In this document: piece by piece, positions 16,510-25,900 of the stretch
How positions within the stretch are numbered: the first letter of the stretch is position 1
How the letters are laid out: the number at the start of each line of letters is the position of its first letter
IMG/VR virus record: IMGVR_UViG_3300031460_000089
Coordinates: 1-38,740 of that record
Strand: one strand, 5' to 3'
Source: a virus
Lineage: Duplodnaviria; Caudoviricetes
DNA: 38,740 nucleotides
Made by a program: the position numbers and the translations under genes
The notes under the pieces: model-generated
Told to the model about the DNA's origin: nothing
Databases searched by the model: none
Seen by the model: the letters and a program-made list of their open reading frames with translations, nothing else

Positions 16510-17153
16510 CCGTCACCGGTATCAACTCGACGCAGCAACACCGGGCACAAGCCGTCCTCAACCGCACCGCCGCCCGCGGTTTCCCCGCCGCAGCCGGCCG
16601 GATCGCGATCGCGGTGTGCCTCACCGAATCGTCGCTGCTGATGTACGCGAACCGCAACAACCCGGCCTCGATGGCCATCCCGCACGACGCGGTTGGGCAG
16701 GACCACGGCTCGGTCGGCCTGTACCAGCAGCAGGTCGGCGGCGCAGTCAACTCCACCGCCAACTGGGGCACCACCCAGGAATGCATGGACGTCACCCACT
16801 CCACCGACAGTTTCCTCAACGCCCTGAACCGGCTTCACGGCTGGCAGAACATGCCCACATGGCAGGCCGCGCAGGAAGTGCAGGGCAGTTTCGACCCGAC
16901 CGGCGGCAACTACAAGCGGAACATGACCCTGGCCAGTTCGATCGTTGACGCGTTGTGGCCGCAGCCAGCGCCGCAGCCGGCATCCGCGACGCACACGCAG
17001 GTCGGCAGCTACACCGTGCAGTCCGGCGACAGCCTGACGACGATCGCCTACCGGTACCCGGAGGCGTGGATCACCGCCGGCAGCATCACCACCCTCAACA
17101 ACCTGTCCGACCCGAACGCGATCTTCCCGGGTCAAGTTCTCCGCATTGGCTAG
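16506..17153 (+). CDS. Lysozyme-like domain plus LysM peptidoglycan-binding protein
   Basis: TESSL...DHGSVGLYQQ...WG...MD putative catalytic domain; C-terminal YTVQSGDSLTTIA...NNLSDPNAIFPGQVLRI LysM. Confidence 0.82.
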   Translation: MTVTGINSTQQHRAQAVLNRTAARGFPAAAGRIAIAVCLTESSLLMYANRNNPASMAIPHDAVGQDHGSVGLYQQQVGGAVNSTANWGTTQECMDVTHSTDSFLNALNRLHGWQNMPTWQAAQEVQGSFDPTGGNYKRNMTLASSIVDALWPQPAPQPASATHTQVGSYTVQSGDSLTTIAYRYPEAWITAGSITTLNNLSDPNAIFPGQVLRIG

Positions 17154-17192
17154 TAGTCCCATCCACACGCCCAGGTCCAGGAGGCCAACCGC

Positions 17193-17855
17193 ATGACCGC
17201 ACCAGCAGACCAGCAGACGCCCGAGCAGATCGCAGCAGCCGAGGCAGCAGCCACCGCAGCCAGCGCAGCCGCCGAGGCAGCGAGGGCCAGCGAGCCGCCC
17301 CGCAAGGAGACGTTCACCGCCGACGAGATGGCCGCCGTGCGCCGCGAGGCCGCAGCGAACCGCGTCAAGGCCAACGACGCCGAGACCGCCCGAGCAGCTG
17401 AAGCGGACCGCGTCAAAGCGATCCTCAAGGCCGCCGGGATCGGCAACGACGACGACCCTGTGAAGGCTGCCGAGGCCGCCAATGCGAAGGCAGCGGCCAC
17501 CGAGGCTCGACTCCTCGCTGTGCAGCGGGAGAACGCCCTGGGTCGCGCCGCGAGGAACCTCAACGCCGACGAAGACCTGTTGACCGCTGTCCTGCTGCGC
17601 GACGGGTCGCTGAACCAGCTCGACCCGAACGCGGCGGACTTCAAAACTTCCCTCGACGCCCTGGTGAAGCAGGCCATCGAGGCGAACCCCAAGCTCAAAG
17701 CGACGTCAGGCCGGGCGCCTGGCACGAGCGGGGGCGACTTCGGCGGCGGGCCCGGCGAGTCGACGCAGATCACCGAAGCGCAACTCAAAACCATGAAGCC
17801 AGAAGCGATTGTCGAGGCCCAGAAGAAGGGTCTCCTTCGCAACCTCCTCGGGTAA
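17193..17855 (+). CDS. Head scaffolding protein
   Basis: Ala-rich coiled coil, RREAAANRVK, SGGDFGG; AGGAGG RBS; just before the capsid gene. Confidence 0.85.
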   Translation: MTAPADQQTPEQIAAAEAAATAASAAAEAARASEPPRKETFTADEMAAVRREAAANRVKANDAETARAAEADRVKAILKAAGIGNDDDPVKAAEAANAKAAATEARLLAVQRENALGRAARNLNADEDLLTAVLLRDGSLNQLDPNAADFKTSLDALVKQAIEANPKLKATSGRAPGTSGGDFGGGPGESTQITEAQLKTMKPEAIVEAQKKGLLRNLLG

Positions 17856-17876
17856 CCCCCGGAAAGGAACAACCAC

Positions 17877-18734
17877 GTGAGCATTCAGCGCTTTCGGCCG
17901 GAGATTTGGTCCGCCAATCTCCTGGTCGCACTCCGCAAGACGCTGATCTACGGATCGAGCGTCAACCACGACTACGAGGGCGAGATCGCATCCGCCGGCG
18001 ACACCGTCCGCATCACCTCCATCGGCCGGCCGACCATCGCCAACTACATCCCCAACACGACGGTGATCGTGCCGGAGCAGGTCAACGACTCCCAGCGCGT
18101 GCTGGTCGTCGACCAGTCCAAGTACTTCGCCTTCGAGGTCGATGATGTCGATGCCCGGCAGGCCGCCGGGAACGTGATCCCCCAGTCGATGAACGAGGCC
18201 GCGTACGCCTTCGCCGACATCATCGATCAGTACATCGCCTCCTTCTATACCGGCATCCAGGCGTCCAACGTCGTCGGCCCGGTCACCGTCACCACGACTG
18301 GTGCGACACCGAACTACGGCGACGTCTACGACAAGTGCCTCGTCCCGATCCGGGTATCCCTGGACCGCGCCAACGTGCCGATGGAAGGCCGATGGGCCAT
18401 CGTCGCCCCCGAGGTGTACGGCGTCCTGCTCCGCGACTCCCGCTTCGTCAAGGTCAACGAGTCCGGCGGCTCCGAAGGCTTGCGCAACGGTGTTGTGGGC
18501 CGCGCCGCAGGGTTCGACATCCAGGTGTCGAACAACGCCCCGAGCCCGGTCGCCGGCCAGTACGCAGTGGTTGCCGGGAACAACACGGCGGTCACGTTCG
18601 CCAGCCAGATCAACAAGGTCGAGGCCTACCGGCCGCAATCGTCCTTCGCGGACGCCGTCAAGGGTCTGATGCTGTACGGCGCGAAGCTCATCCGCCCCGA
18701 CTCGATGGCATCCGCCCTCGTCACCGTCATCTGA
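17877..18734 (+). CDS. Major capsid protein
   Basis: FRPEIWSANLL, DYEGEI...GDTVRI, GVVGRAAGFDIQVSNN, FADAVKGLMLYGAK. Confidence 0.93.
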   Translation: MSIQRFRPEIWSANLLVALRKTLIYGSSVNHDYEGEIASAGDTVRITSIGRPTIANYIPNTTVIVPEQVNDSQRVLVVDQSKYFAFEVDDVDARQAAGNVIPQSMNEAAYAFADIIDQYIASFYTGIQASNVVGPVTVTTTGATPNYGDVYDKCLVPIRVSLDRANVPMEGRWAIVAPEVYGVLLRDSRFVKVNESGGSEGLRNGVVGRAAGFDIQVSNNAPSPVAGQYAVVAGNNTAVTFASQINKVEAYRPQSSFADAVKGLMLYGAKLIRPDSMASALVTVI

Positions 18735-18749
18735 TAGGAGAGGACAACC

Positions 18750-19103
18750 ATGGCACGCACAGCAATCACGTACAGCGCCGCCACCGTCAACGGGTCGCTC
18801 GCCGACCCCGCCGGAACCGCAGTCGTCGCAGGGGCAGGCAACGGCGGCCAGATCGCTCAGGCCCCGTTCGAGACGCTGTTCCTCCGCGTCGTCGGCACCG
18901 TGGCGGGCAACCTCACCGTCCTGTCGGGGAAGCAGCCGCTCGCTTTGGCATCGGGGCAGGGCGGCCTCGCCGTCGCCGTCCCGGCAGGCACGGTGTGGGT
19001 CGGCCCGTTGGAGTCGGGCCGGTTCGAGCAGAACGACGCCTCCCTGATCTTCGAAACCGATCAGGCGATGACGGTCACCGCCTTCCGCGTCCCGAGGCAC
19101 TGA
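18750..19103 (+). CDS. Virion protein, possible capsid decoration
   Basis: Strong RBS, directly after the capsid gene, Gly/Ala/Val-rich. Confidence 0.7.
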   Translation: MARTAITYSAATVNGSLADPAGTAVVAGAGNGGQIAQAPFETLFLRVVGTVAGNLTVLSGKQPLALASGQGGLAVAVPAGTVWVGPLESGRFEQNDASLIFETDQAMTVTAFRVPRH

Positions 19104-19564
19104 TGTCACGCACCATCTGGCTGCGCGGTGAGGGCGGTGCGCTGATGGAACATGAGCTGCCCTTGCACGAGACGATCAGCGACAAGCTGCGTCAGGGCCA
19201 CATCTCCCGCGTCAATGCGGACGGCACCCCGTTCGCGCTGGCCGAAGGCGAGGACCCGTCGCCGACGTCAGACGGTCTGCGGCCGAAGGACAACGCGGTC
19301 AAGGCCGACTGGATCGCCTGGGCTGTGACGTGCGGCGCGGCGGTCGAGGAGGCCACCGCGATGACCAAGAGCCATCTGATCGAAACTCACGGCGGCACCG
19401 TCCCCGAGCAGGTCGGCTCGTCGAAGCTGGTCCTGACCGACCCGGATCCGGTGCTCCCTCCGGGGACGATGGCCGGGCCGGGCGACCGGGTGCAGCTGGA
19501 GGACGTCCCACCGCCCACGCAGGTCGAGGGCGACGTCGACACCACGCTGAATCCGAAGAAGTAG
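19103..19564 (+). CDS. Hypothetical head-module protein
   Basis: TGATG overlap; KADWIAWAV...MTKSHLIE motif. Confidence 0.75.
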   Translation: MSRTIWLRGEGGALMEHELPLHETISDKLRQGHISRVNADGTPFALAEGEDPSPTSDGLRPKDNAVKADWIAWAVTCGAAVEEATAMTKSHLIETHGGTVPEQVGSSKLVLTDPDPVLPPGTMAGPGDRVQLEDVPPPTQVEGDVDTTLNPKK

Positions 19565-19578
19565 AGGGGTAGGCAGCT

Positions 19579-20013
19579 GTGCTGATCTATGCGACTCCAG
19601 CAGATCTGACCGCATGGACCGGTACGGCTGCCCCCACCAACGCTGTGCAGCTGCTCCGGAGCGCTTCGCTGCTGGTCGCCGAGGCAACGAACAACGCCTA
19701 CTACGACACGGTCGGCCTGGGCAACTACTACACCGAGGCGATGCCCAGCGACCCGACTGTGCTCGGTGTGTTCCGCGATGCGACGTGCATCCAGGCTGAG
19801 GCGTGGATCGCGTTGAAGATCGACCCGACCACCGCCGGTGTCGTCGCGCCCTCGGTGGCCTCGCAGAAGCACATCGGCACCGCGTCGATCACCTACGCCG
19901 ACGCCGCAAGCTCCGCCGCTGCGAAGACGTTGGCCGCCACCCAGCTGGTGCCCGACGCGATGCGGCTGCTGCAACAGAACCACCTCATCTCCACCCTTGT
20001 GTGGCAATGGTGA
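19579..20013 (+). CDS. Head-to-tail adaptor
   Basis: IYATPADL...LLRSAS...DATCIQAEAW...IGTASITY; position in the neck module. Confidence 0.78.
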   Translation: MLIYATPADLTAWTGTAAPTNAVQLLRSASLLVAEATNNAYYDTVGLGNYYTEAMPSDPTVLGVFRDATCIQAEAWIALKIDPTTAGVVAPSVASQKHIGTASITYADAASSAAAKTLAATQLVPDAMRLLQQNHLISTLVWQW

Positions 20014-20342
20014 GCGACCTCGCGGAGATGTTCGCCGAGATCGGCCACACCGTGCAGGTGCAGACCCGCACCGGTGGTTCCGCCTACAGCAACGTCTATG
20101 GCCCTGCCGTGACCGTGGCCGGGTTCATGGAGGAAAAGCGCCGCATCATCCCCAACAGCACGGGGACGATGGTCGAATCCTCCGCCACCTTCTACGGCCC
20201 GCCCGAGGCGTACCCGCTGTTCACCACCGGCTCGAAGGTCACATTCACCGCTGACGGGTCGGTGTCTGAGGTGCTATCGGTGTCCCGGTTCGACTCCGGA
20301 GGCCTTGGCCTCCCCGACCATTGCGCAGTGACCCTGCTGTGA
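20007..20342 (+). CDS. Head-to-tail stopper / head closure protein
   Basis: HTVQVQT...GGSAY...YGPAVTV; follows the adaptor. Confidence 0.7.
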   Translation: MVSDLAEMFAEIGHTVQVQTRTGGSAYSNVYGPAVTVAGFMEEKRRIIPNSTGTMVESSATFYGPPEAYPLFTTGSKVTFTADGSVSEVLSVSRFDSGGLGLPDHCAVTLL

Positions 20343-20344
20343 CC

Positions 20345-20515
20345 ATGACCAGCCGCATCGGCATGCGGAAGCCGACACCGCCCGCACCGCCCCGGCCACC
20401 AGGACGCCCCGAGTGGATCGCCCACGCCGTCGCTCAAGGCATGACCGTCGAGGATGCCCGTTCGGTCGGGGACGACCCGCTGCGCCGATGGTTCGAGGAA
20501 GGCGACGACCAGTGA
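20345..20515 (+). CDS. Small hypothetical protein, 56 aa
   Basis: Fills the gap, GTGA overlap; EWIAHAV motif shared with 19103-19564. Confidence 0.6.
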   Translation: MTSRIGMRKPTPPAPPRPPGRPEWIAHAVAQGMTVEDARSVGDDPLRRWFEEGDDQ

Positions 20516-20850
20516 CCTTCTCGGCGAAGTGGAACCCCGACATCGAGAAGCTCACCCGCGGCGCAGCAGCGCAAGGCATCACCCGCGGGATGATGATCGT
20601 GCAGGGCCGCTCGATGGACAACACCCCCGTCGACACCGGCAACCTCAAAGCCTCCCAGACCGTCCAGCCGGCCACACCCGCCGACCTGACCGCGACCCTT
20701 TACACCGACGTGCCGTACGCCATCTACGTCCACGAGATCATGACAAACAACCACCCCGTAGGCATGGCGAAGTTCATGGAACTGGCGCTGAACTCAGAAG
20801 GCGAGAAAGCTGTCGCCATGATCGCCACCACCCTCGACGCGGCGCTGTAA
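20512..20850 (+). CDS. HK97 gp10-like neck/tail-completion protein
   Basis: TPVDTGNLKAS, YAIYVHE and AKFME motifs. Confidence 0.82.
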   Translation: MTFSAKWNPDIEKLTRGAAAQGITRGMMIVQGRSMDNTPVDTGNLKASQTVQPATPADLTATLYTDVPYAIYVHEIMTNNHPVGMAKFMELALNSEGEKAVAMIATTLDAAL

Positions 20851-21293
20851 TGGCGTTCACCACCGACCTGTGCGCCGGCCTCGCCCAGTACCTCGTGGGC
20901 GTCGGCATCGGCGTCTACAACCCAACCGGGACCTACCAGCCCACCGACGTCGCATTCATCATCGGGACCGTCCCACAAGACCCCGACAGCGTGATCTGCC
21001 TGACGCCCTACGCCCTCCCCGAATCCAGTCCCAACCCATTCCAAGCCGATGAGCAGCTCGGCGTCCAATTCTGGCTGCGCGGGGCAAACGGTGACCCGCG
21101 TCCAGTCCTCGACCTGGAGAACAACATCTACGGCGCACTTCACGGCCTCGCAGATGTCGCCTTCGGGTCCGCTTTCATGTTGCTGGCCTGGCGCCACAAC
21201 GACGCTTCGATGGGGCAGGACTCCAGGGGCCGCAGTCAACGCGTAGCGAACTACTACCTACGCGTGCACCACCCCACCGCGCACACCGAGTAA
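20850..21293 (+). CDS. Tail terminator-like protein
   Basis: GLAQYL...PQDPD...VQFWLRG...MGQDSRGR...NYY; immediately before the major tail gene. Confidence 0.75.
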   Translation: MAFTTDLCAGLAQYLVGVGIGVYNPTGTYQPTDVAFIIGTVPQDPDSVICLTPYALPESSPNPFQADEQLGVQFWLRGANGDPRPVLDLENNIYGALHGLADVAFGSAFMLLAWRHNDASMGQDSRGRSQRVANYYLRVHHPTAHTE

Positions 21294-21305
21294 CTCAAAC
21301 CTCCC

Positions 21306-21341
21306 GAGCACCCGAAGCCACTGCGGCTGTCGGGTGTTTCG
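21306..21341 (+). terminator. Hairpin upstream of the major tail gene
   Basis: GAGCACCCGA-AGCC...GGCT-G-TCGGGTGTTT. Confidence 0.45.
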
Positions 21342-21363
21342 TCATGCCCGAAAGGAAAACATC

Positions 21364-22104
21364 ATGGCAGTACGTTCCATGCTCGCCAAGGACTGGCAAG
21401 TAGACGTCGACACGGCGTCGAACCCACCCGCCCCCGTATGGGTGCAGATCCGCGGCCTCAAGTCCATGCAGGAGCAGATCTCCGAGACGGAGATGGACGA
21501 CTCCGACTTCGACTCCGGCGGCTACGGCTCCGACATCGTCACCCAGCGGAAGGTTGTCCTGGTCCTCACGTCCTCGCGGAAGCAGGTGGTCGGCGCTGGT
21601 TTCGCTGACGATCCGGGGCAGTCGTTCGTACGCACCACCGGCCGCCTCGTCGGCTACACGGCGTCGATCTTCGCCCGCTACTACCGCAAGGACGGCGCCC
21701 CCGACGCCTACTACGGGGAATGCCACGTCGATGGTGTCGGCGGCGGCGGCGGTAACGTCACCGACCTGGAAGGCTTCTCGCCGACGCTGAAGTTCCACGG
21801 CCAGCCGCAGTCGATCCTCAACCCGCTGAACATCGCGGCCGCGGCGATCGTCTCCGGCATCTCCCCGTCGACCATGCCGATCGCCGGCGGCATCCTGGTG
21901 GCCCTCAATGGCACCGGGTTCAACACCGTCGCCGCCTCCGGTGCGGTCGTCGTCGCCGGTGTGACCGTCGTCTACACGGTGGAGTCGAACAACCGCATCA
22001 CGTTCATCTCCCCCGCCCACGCGGCCGGATCCGGTTTCCCTGTGGTCGTCACCAACACCACCGGAGCATCCACGACCGGTGCCACCGCGGCGTCGTTCGC
22101 CTGA
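21364..22104 (+). CDS. Major tail (tube) protein with C-terminal Ig-like IPT/TIG domain
   Basis: GAAAGGAA RBS; DDSDFDSGGY, DPGQ; C-terminal SGISPSTMPIAGG...LNGTGF...ITFISPAHAAG. Confidence 0.88.
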   Translation: MAVRSMLAKDWQVDVDTASNPPAPVWVQIRGLKSMQEQISETEMDDSDFDSGGYGSDIVTQRKVVLVLTSSRKQVVGAGFADDPGQSFVRTTGRLVGYTASIFARYYRKDGAPDAYYGECHVDGVGGGGGNVTDLEGFSPTLKFHGQPQSILNPLNIAAAAIVSGISPSTMPIAGGILVALNGTGFNTVAASGAVVVAGVTVVYTVESNNRITFISPAHAAGSGFPVVVTNTTGASTTGATAASFA

Positions 22105-22110
22105 TGAACC

Positions 22111-22144
22111 CCTGGCCGGCGATCGGGCGTGGTCGCCGGCCAGG
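22111..22144 (+). terminator. Strong 14-bp hairpin after the major tail gene
   Basis: CCTGGCCGGCGATC-N6-GGTCGCCGGCCAGG, no U tract. Confidence 0.5.
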
Positions 22145-22192
22145 ACCCATCTCTCTCGCGCCCAACCCTCAACGCCCTGAAGGGGTACCACC

Positions 22193-22705
22193 ATGGCATT
22201 GAAGAACCTCCGCGAAACACTGCAGGATTCCCTGCTGCAGCTACCGATCGGTGGCAAGACGTACACGGTCCCCGAGGCGTCGGTGGAGACGTGGCTGTGG
22301 CTGAAGGTCATCTACGACCGGGCGCCGAAACCCGGCCAGGACCAGCCCGAAGGGGACGCCGAAGCGGAGGATCTCGCCAACACCCCGGAGACGGAGATGC
22401 ACAAGCGGGTACTCGGTCCCGTCTACGACGAGATGGCCGCCGATGGTGTGAGCATGCGTGAGGTTCGCATCGCCGGGATGACCGCCTCGATCGACACCAT
22501 GTACGGCCGGGAAATCGCCGAGGACTACTTCAACGCGGGCGGCAACTGGGGAAACCTGCAGGCCCTGACGGAAACGCAGGGCGAAACGACGGACACTCCC
22601 CCGACTGCGGCCCCGTCGACCCGGACACGGGCATCGCGGAATGGTGCAACTGCGAAGACGGCGACGGCAACACGTGGGAAGACTGCCTCGAACACTGGGA
22701 GCTGA
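22193..22705 (+). CDS. Tail assembly chaperone (G), 170 aa
   Basis: LPIGGKTYTVP, VLGPVYDEMAADGV; between major tail and tape measure genes. Confidence 0.88.
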   Translation: MALKNLRETLQDSLLQLPIGGKTYTVPEASVETWLWLKVIYDRAPKPGQDQPEGDAEAEDLANTPETEMHKRVLGPVYDEMAADGVSMREVRIAGMTASIDTMYGREIAEDYFNAGGNWGNLQALTETQGETTDTPPTAAPSTRTRASRNGATAKTATATRGKTASNTGS

Positions 22706-22908
22706 TCGTCCCTGACCTGTTGCAGCACTTCGGGGTCGACGTCTACTCCGGGATCTTGAAGCAGCGCCCAGCCCGCTGGTTCCGTGGCCTGCTCGTCGGC
22801 CTGTTGACGATGGAATCCCGGCTTCACCGAACGATGTATCCGACGCCTGAGCAGGCGCAGTCAACCCCGCACGCTGACATGGATGAGGACGGTGACGTAT
22901 GGCGCTGA
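22193..22908 (+). CDS. Tail assembly chaperone GT via -1 frameshift at G GGA AAC (22549-22555)
   Basis: X XXY YYZ heptamer in the correct frame; the -1 frame stays open to TGA 22908 (...HWELIVPDLLQHFGVDVYSG...). Confidence 0.85.
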
Positions 22909-25900
22909 CCGCCGGGCAACTGATGGCCACCCTCAGCCTCGACATGGCGCCGTACGAGGCCAGTCTGACGCGGGCGAAGGAACGGGCACGGCAGGACGGC
23001 GCCCAGATCGCCATGCACCTGCGGGTCGAGCCGCAGATGGACCATGCCGGGTACACCGCGAGCCTGTCCCGGATGGTGGAGGAGGCGAAGAAGGCCGCCG
23101 CCCGCATTCACGGCGAGATGTCCACCATCCACATGGAGCGGTTGGACTTCGGCGCTGGTGGCATCGCCAATGTCGGCAAGGTCCGCGGGCAAATTCGGTC
23201 GATCAGCGGCGATATGGATCGGCTGCGGCGCCTCGTCCACGCGCCGCTGGTGATCGGCGGCGCTGAGGACGATCGGCTCAGGTCTGAGCTGGCGCAGTTG
23301 CAGGCACGGATAGAACGGCTCCGGGCTTCGGCGGCCCGGCCGGTGCGGGTAGCGACGACCGGTGGCGGCGCAGCCGAGTCGTCGTCTCCGGGGGCGCTGT
23401 CCAAGATGGGCAGCGGGGTTCTCCGCAACGTCGGCTACATGGCCGGCACCGCCGCCATCTCCGCCGTAGGTGCCGCGCTGGTGTCGACCATCAAGTCGAC
23501 CGCCGACTTCGAAACGGAGATGAACACCCTCGGCGCCGTCGCCGGGCCGGTCGGCATGGCCGGGACCACCATCGCGCAGGTATCAGCGAAGGCCCTCGCC
23601 CTCGGCGCCGACTTCACCATCGCCAACGCCTCCGCCTCCGACGCCGCGGTGACGATGACGGAGCTGGTGAAGGGCGGCCTGTCCGCAGCGCAGGCGATGG
23701 ACGCTGCGAAGGGTTCACTGCAGCTCGCCTCGGCCGGCGGGATCTCCTTCGTCCAGGCCGCCGACCTCGAATCGGCTGCGCTCGCACAGTTCGCGCTGAA
23801 GGGCACCGACGCCGGCAAGGTCGCCGACATCCTGGCCAACAGCGCGCACGCCGCACGCGGCACCGTAGGCGACCTCGGTACCGCCCTCACCTACGCCGGT
23901 TTGAATGCTCACCAGGCGGGCTGGTCGCTGAAGGAAACCGCGACGACCCTCGCCGAGTTCGCCAAGTTCGGGCTGACCGGCTCGCTGGGCGGCACCACCC
24001 TCAAAGACTTCACCATGCGGGTCGAGAAGGCCGCGGTCTCCACCGGCGCCGCTGGGGAGGCATACAAGCAGCTCGGCCTGGACGTCTACAACCAGGACGG
24101 CACCCTCAAGTCCGCCGCGCAGATCTCCGACCAGCTGGCGACGGCGCACAAGAAGCTGGCGCCGATGATCTACAACTCGGCGATGCAGACGGTGTTCGGC
24201 GCCCGGGCGATCAACGGCGCCAACATCATGGCGATGCAGGGATCCAAGGGCTGGAATGAGCTGGCCGACAAGATCAGCAAAGGTGCTGGCGCGGCAGGGT
24301 TCTCGGCGGCCAGGATGCAGGGGCTCGGCGGCGCGTTCGCGAACCTGCAGAACCAGGTCGAAACCGCTCAGATCCAGCTTGGTGAGAAGTTCTCCCCCGC
24401 CCTGCAGCACATCGTCAACCAGATCGCCGACGCCGTCCCGACGATCGCTAACTTCATGGCCGGACCGAGCATCGGGACTGGGTTCTCCCATCTCGGCGAC
24501 TTCTTCGGACCGATCATCACCGGCGCATCCGATCTGATATCGAAGGCGTGGCCGTACATCTCCGACTTCATCACCTCGGTCGGGCATGGGTTCGGATCCA
24601 TCCTCGACTTCATCAAGCCCGTCGCTGACGGTATCGGGGCGTTCTTCAGCGGCATCTCCAACAACGGCGCTGTCGCCATGATCGGCGGTGTGCTGGACGG
24701 GATCGGTAAGGCGTTCTCCGGTGTGCTGCAGTTCGTGGCACCTGTCGGCAAGGTGCTCGGGGCGGTCATCGGCGTGCTGGGGAACCTGCCGTTCCCCGTC
24801 TATGCGGGCGTTGCGGCACTCGGCGCGTTCCTGTTGCTGCGCGGCCCGCTGAACCAGATGCTGCTGCAAGCCACCTACGGTTATGCCCGGCTCGGCACGT
24901 CGATCATGGAGACGTTCGCCGGCGGGCCGATGGCTGCCCTGAAGTCCGGCGGGTCCGCCCTGATGGGCGCGCTCGGCGGCCCATGGGGCATCGCCATCAC
25001 CGCCGCCTCGGCCGGCCTCGCCTGGTTCATGACCCGCTCACAGGGCGCAACGAAGGCCACCGTCGACTTCAGCTCGGCGGTCGATGCGAACACTGGGAAG
25101 CTCAGCAGCAACGCCACCGCGCTGATCTCTACTCAGGTGAAGGACGCCGAGGCCGCCTACGTCAAACTTGGTGGCGCACTGGGCGACTACACAGCCGCCG
25201 TCGCCGGGAGCATCCCCGCCCAACAGCGGGTCAACGCCGTGTTCGCCGACGCCGAGACGCAGGCGATCGCAGGGTCCTCCGCGTGGCAGAAGTACGGCAA
25301 GGTGTTCGAATCCTTCGGCATCACCACAGGGCAGGTCTCCGCTGCCGTTGCAGCGGGCGGCAACTCGCTCGACGTCCTGTTCAACAAGGTCACCAAGAGC
25401 ATCAGGTTCGATGGCCAAGGGAAGATCGCCGCCGAAGGGCTCATCTGGTCGATGCAGTCCTTCAAGGGCTCAACGATGGACGTGAATGCCCAACTGGATA
25501 CCTACCGCAAGAACCTCGGCGACATCTCCGGTAAGCAGAAGGCCGGCGCCGACGCGGCCAATTTGGCGGCCGCCGCGCAGAAGGCACTCAACGGCTCCAC
25601 GAAGGACGGAGCCGAATTCACTGGCGCCCTGGGCCGGGCATGGACGTCGGCGCAGCACCTGGCGATCACGGCCATAGGTCCGCTGACGGAACTGCAGGTC
25701 CGGTACGGCGAGATCGCCAAGGGCGCTCAGCTCGCGGGGGATGATACCTCTGCCTTCTACGAGATCGTAAAGGGTGCCAAGGGGAAGCCGGACACCATCG
25801 TCACCCCGATGACGCAAGCGTTCGCCGATTACAAGCAGGCCGTGACCGACGCCGACACCACCACCCAGCAATTCATCATGACGATGGATAAGCTGGCCGG

